Part shown: positions 63,970-64,000 of the stretch, piece after piece
Layout of the letters: each line of letters opens with the position of its first letter
Position numbering within the stretch: the stretch's first letter is position 1
IMG/VR virus record: IMGVR_UViG_3300036770_003657
Span: 335,797 to 399,796 of that record
Strand: one strand, 5' to 3'
Length of the DNA stretch: 64,000 nucleotides
Notes under the pieces: generated by a model
The model's database searches: none
What the model was told of the DNA's origin: nothing
What the model saw: only the letters and a program-made list of their open reading frames with translations
Program-made: the position numbers and the translations under genes

Positions 63970-64000
63970 CAACGATTAAAAATCCATTTCCCGGTGTTAC

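Noticed and set aside
1-64000. tRNA, rRNA or tmRNA genes
   Set aside because: No convincing T-loop (GTTCRA) cloverleaf was seen by eye; tRNAscan-SE or ARAGORN would be needed to exclude them fully.
1-64000. Stop-codon reassignment (seen in some jumbo phages)
   Set aside because: Long conserved genes read intact in the standard code, and TAG, TGA and TAA all terminate recognisable genes (for example nrdB ends with TAG).

Overview
This window looks like a segment of a large lytic dsDNA tailed phage genome (jumbo, T4-superfamily-like), probably from freshwater. DnaK, IscU and IscA look betaproteobacterial (Burkholderiales-like), which points to a non-cyanobacterial host (inference). Positions ~2.3-53.4 kb are mostly minus-strand genes, many preceded by a T4-type late promoter core (TAAATA). 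They include chaperones, Fe-S proteins, ribonucleotide reductase, a 4,109-aa tail fibre, PAAR, head-associated proteins and metabolic genes. Positions 53.4-64 kb are a plus-strand early region with sigma70 promoters and many small genes. Main finding: the giant fibre carries five helical repeats that match the phycobiliprotein bilin-binding core (C-x-R-D...Y...G-G/S/T-N, plus flanking helices). The same window encodes 5-aminolevulinate synthase, a divergent HemD-like protein, heme oxygenase and a PcyX-type bilin reductase. Together these suggest a phage that makes bilin pigment and attaches it to its own virion; this is a hypothesis, not yet tested. Other notable signals are an array of 16 clear (plus ~5 diverged) small paralogous genes whose conserved 3' end encodes both the peptide W-F-x-L-R-W-S and the ribosome-binding site of the next gene, a probable -1 frameshift at A_AAA_AAG, ROSE-like RNA thermometers before hsp20 and dnaK, and a shared T4-like capsid-targeting N-terminus. 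No tRNA, rRNA, CRISPR array or integrase was recognised. All assignments come from motif recognition by eye; no database search was run.
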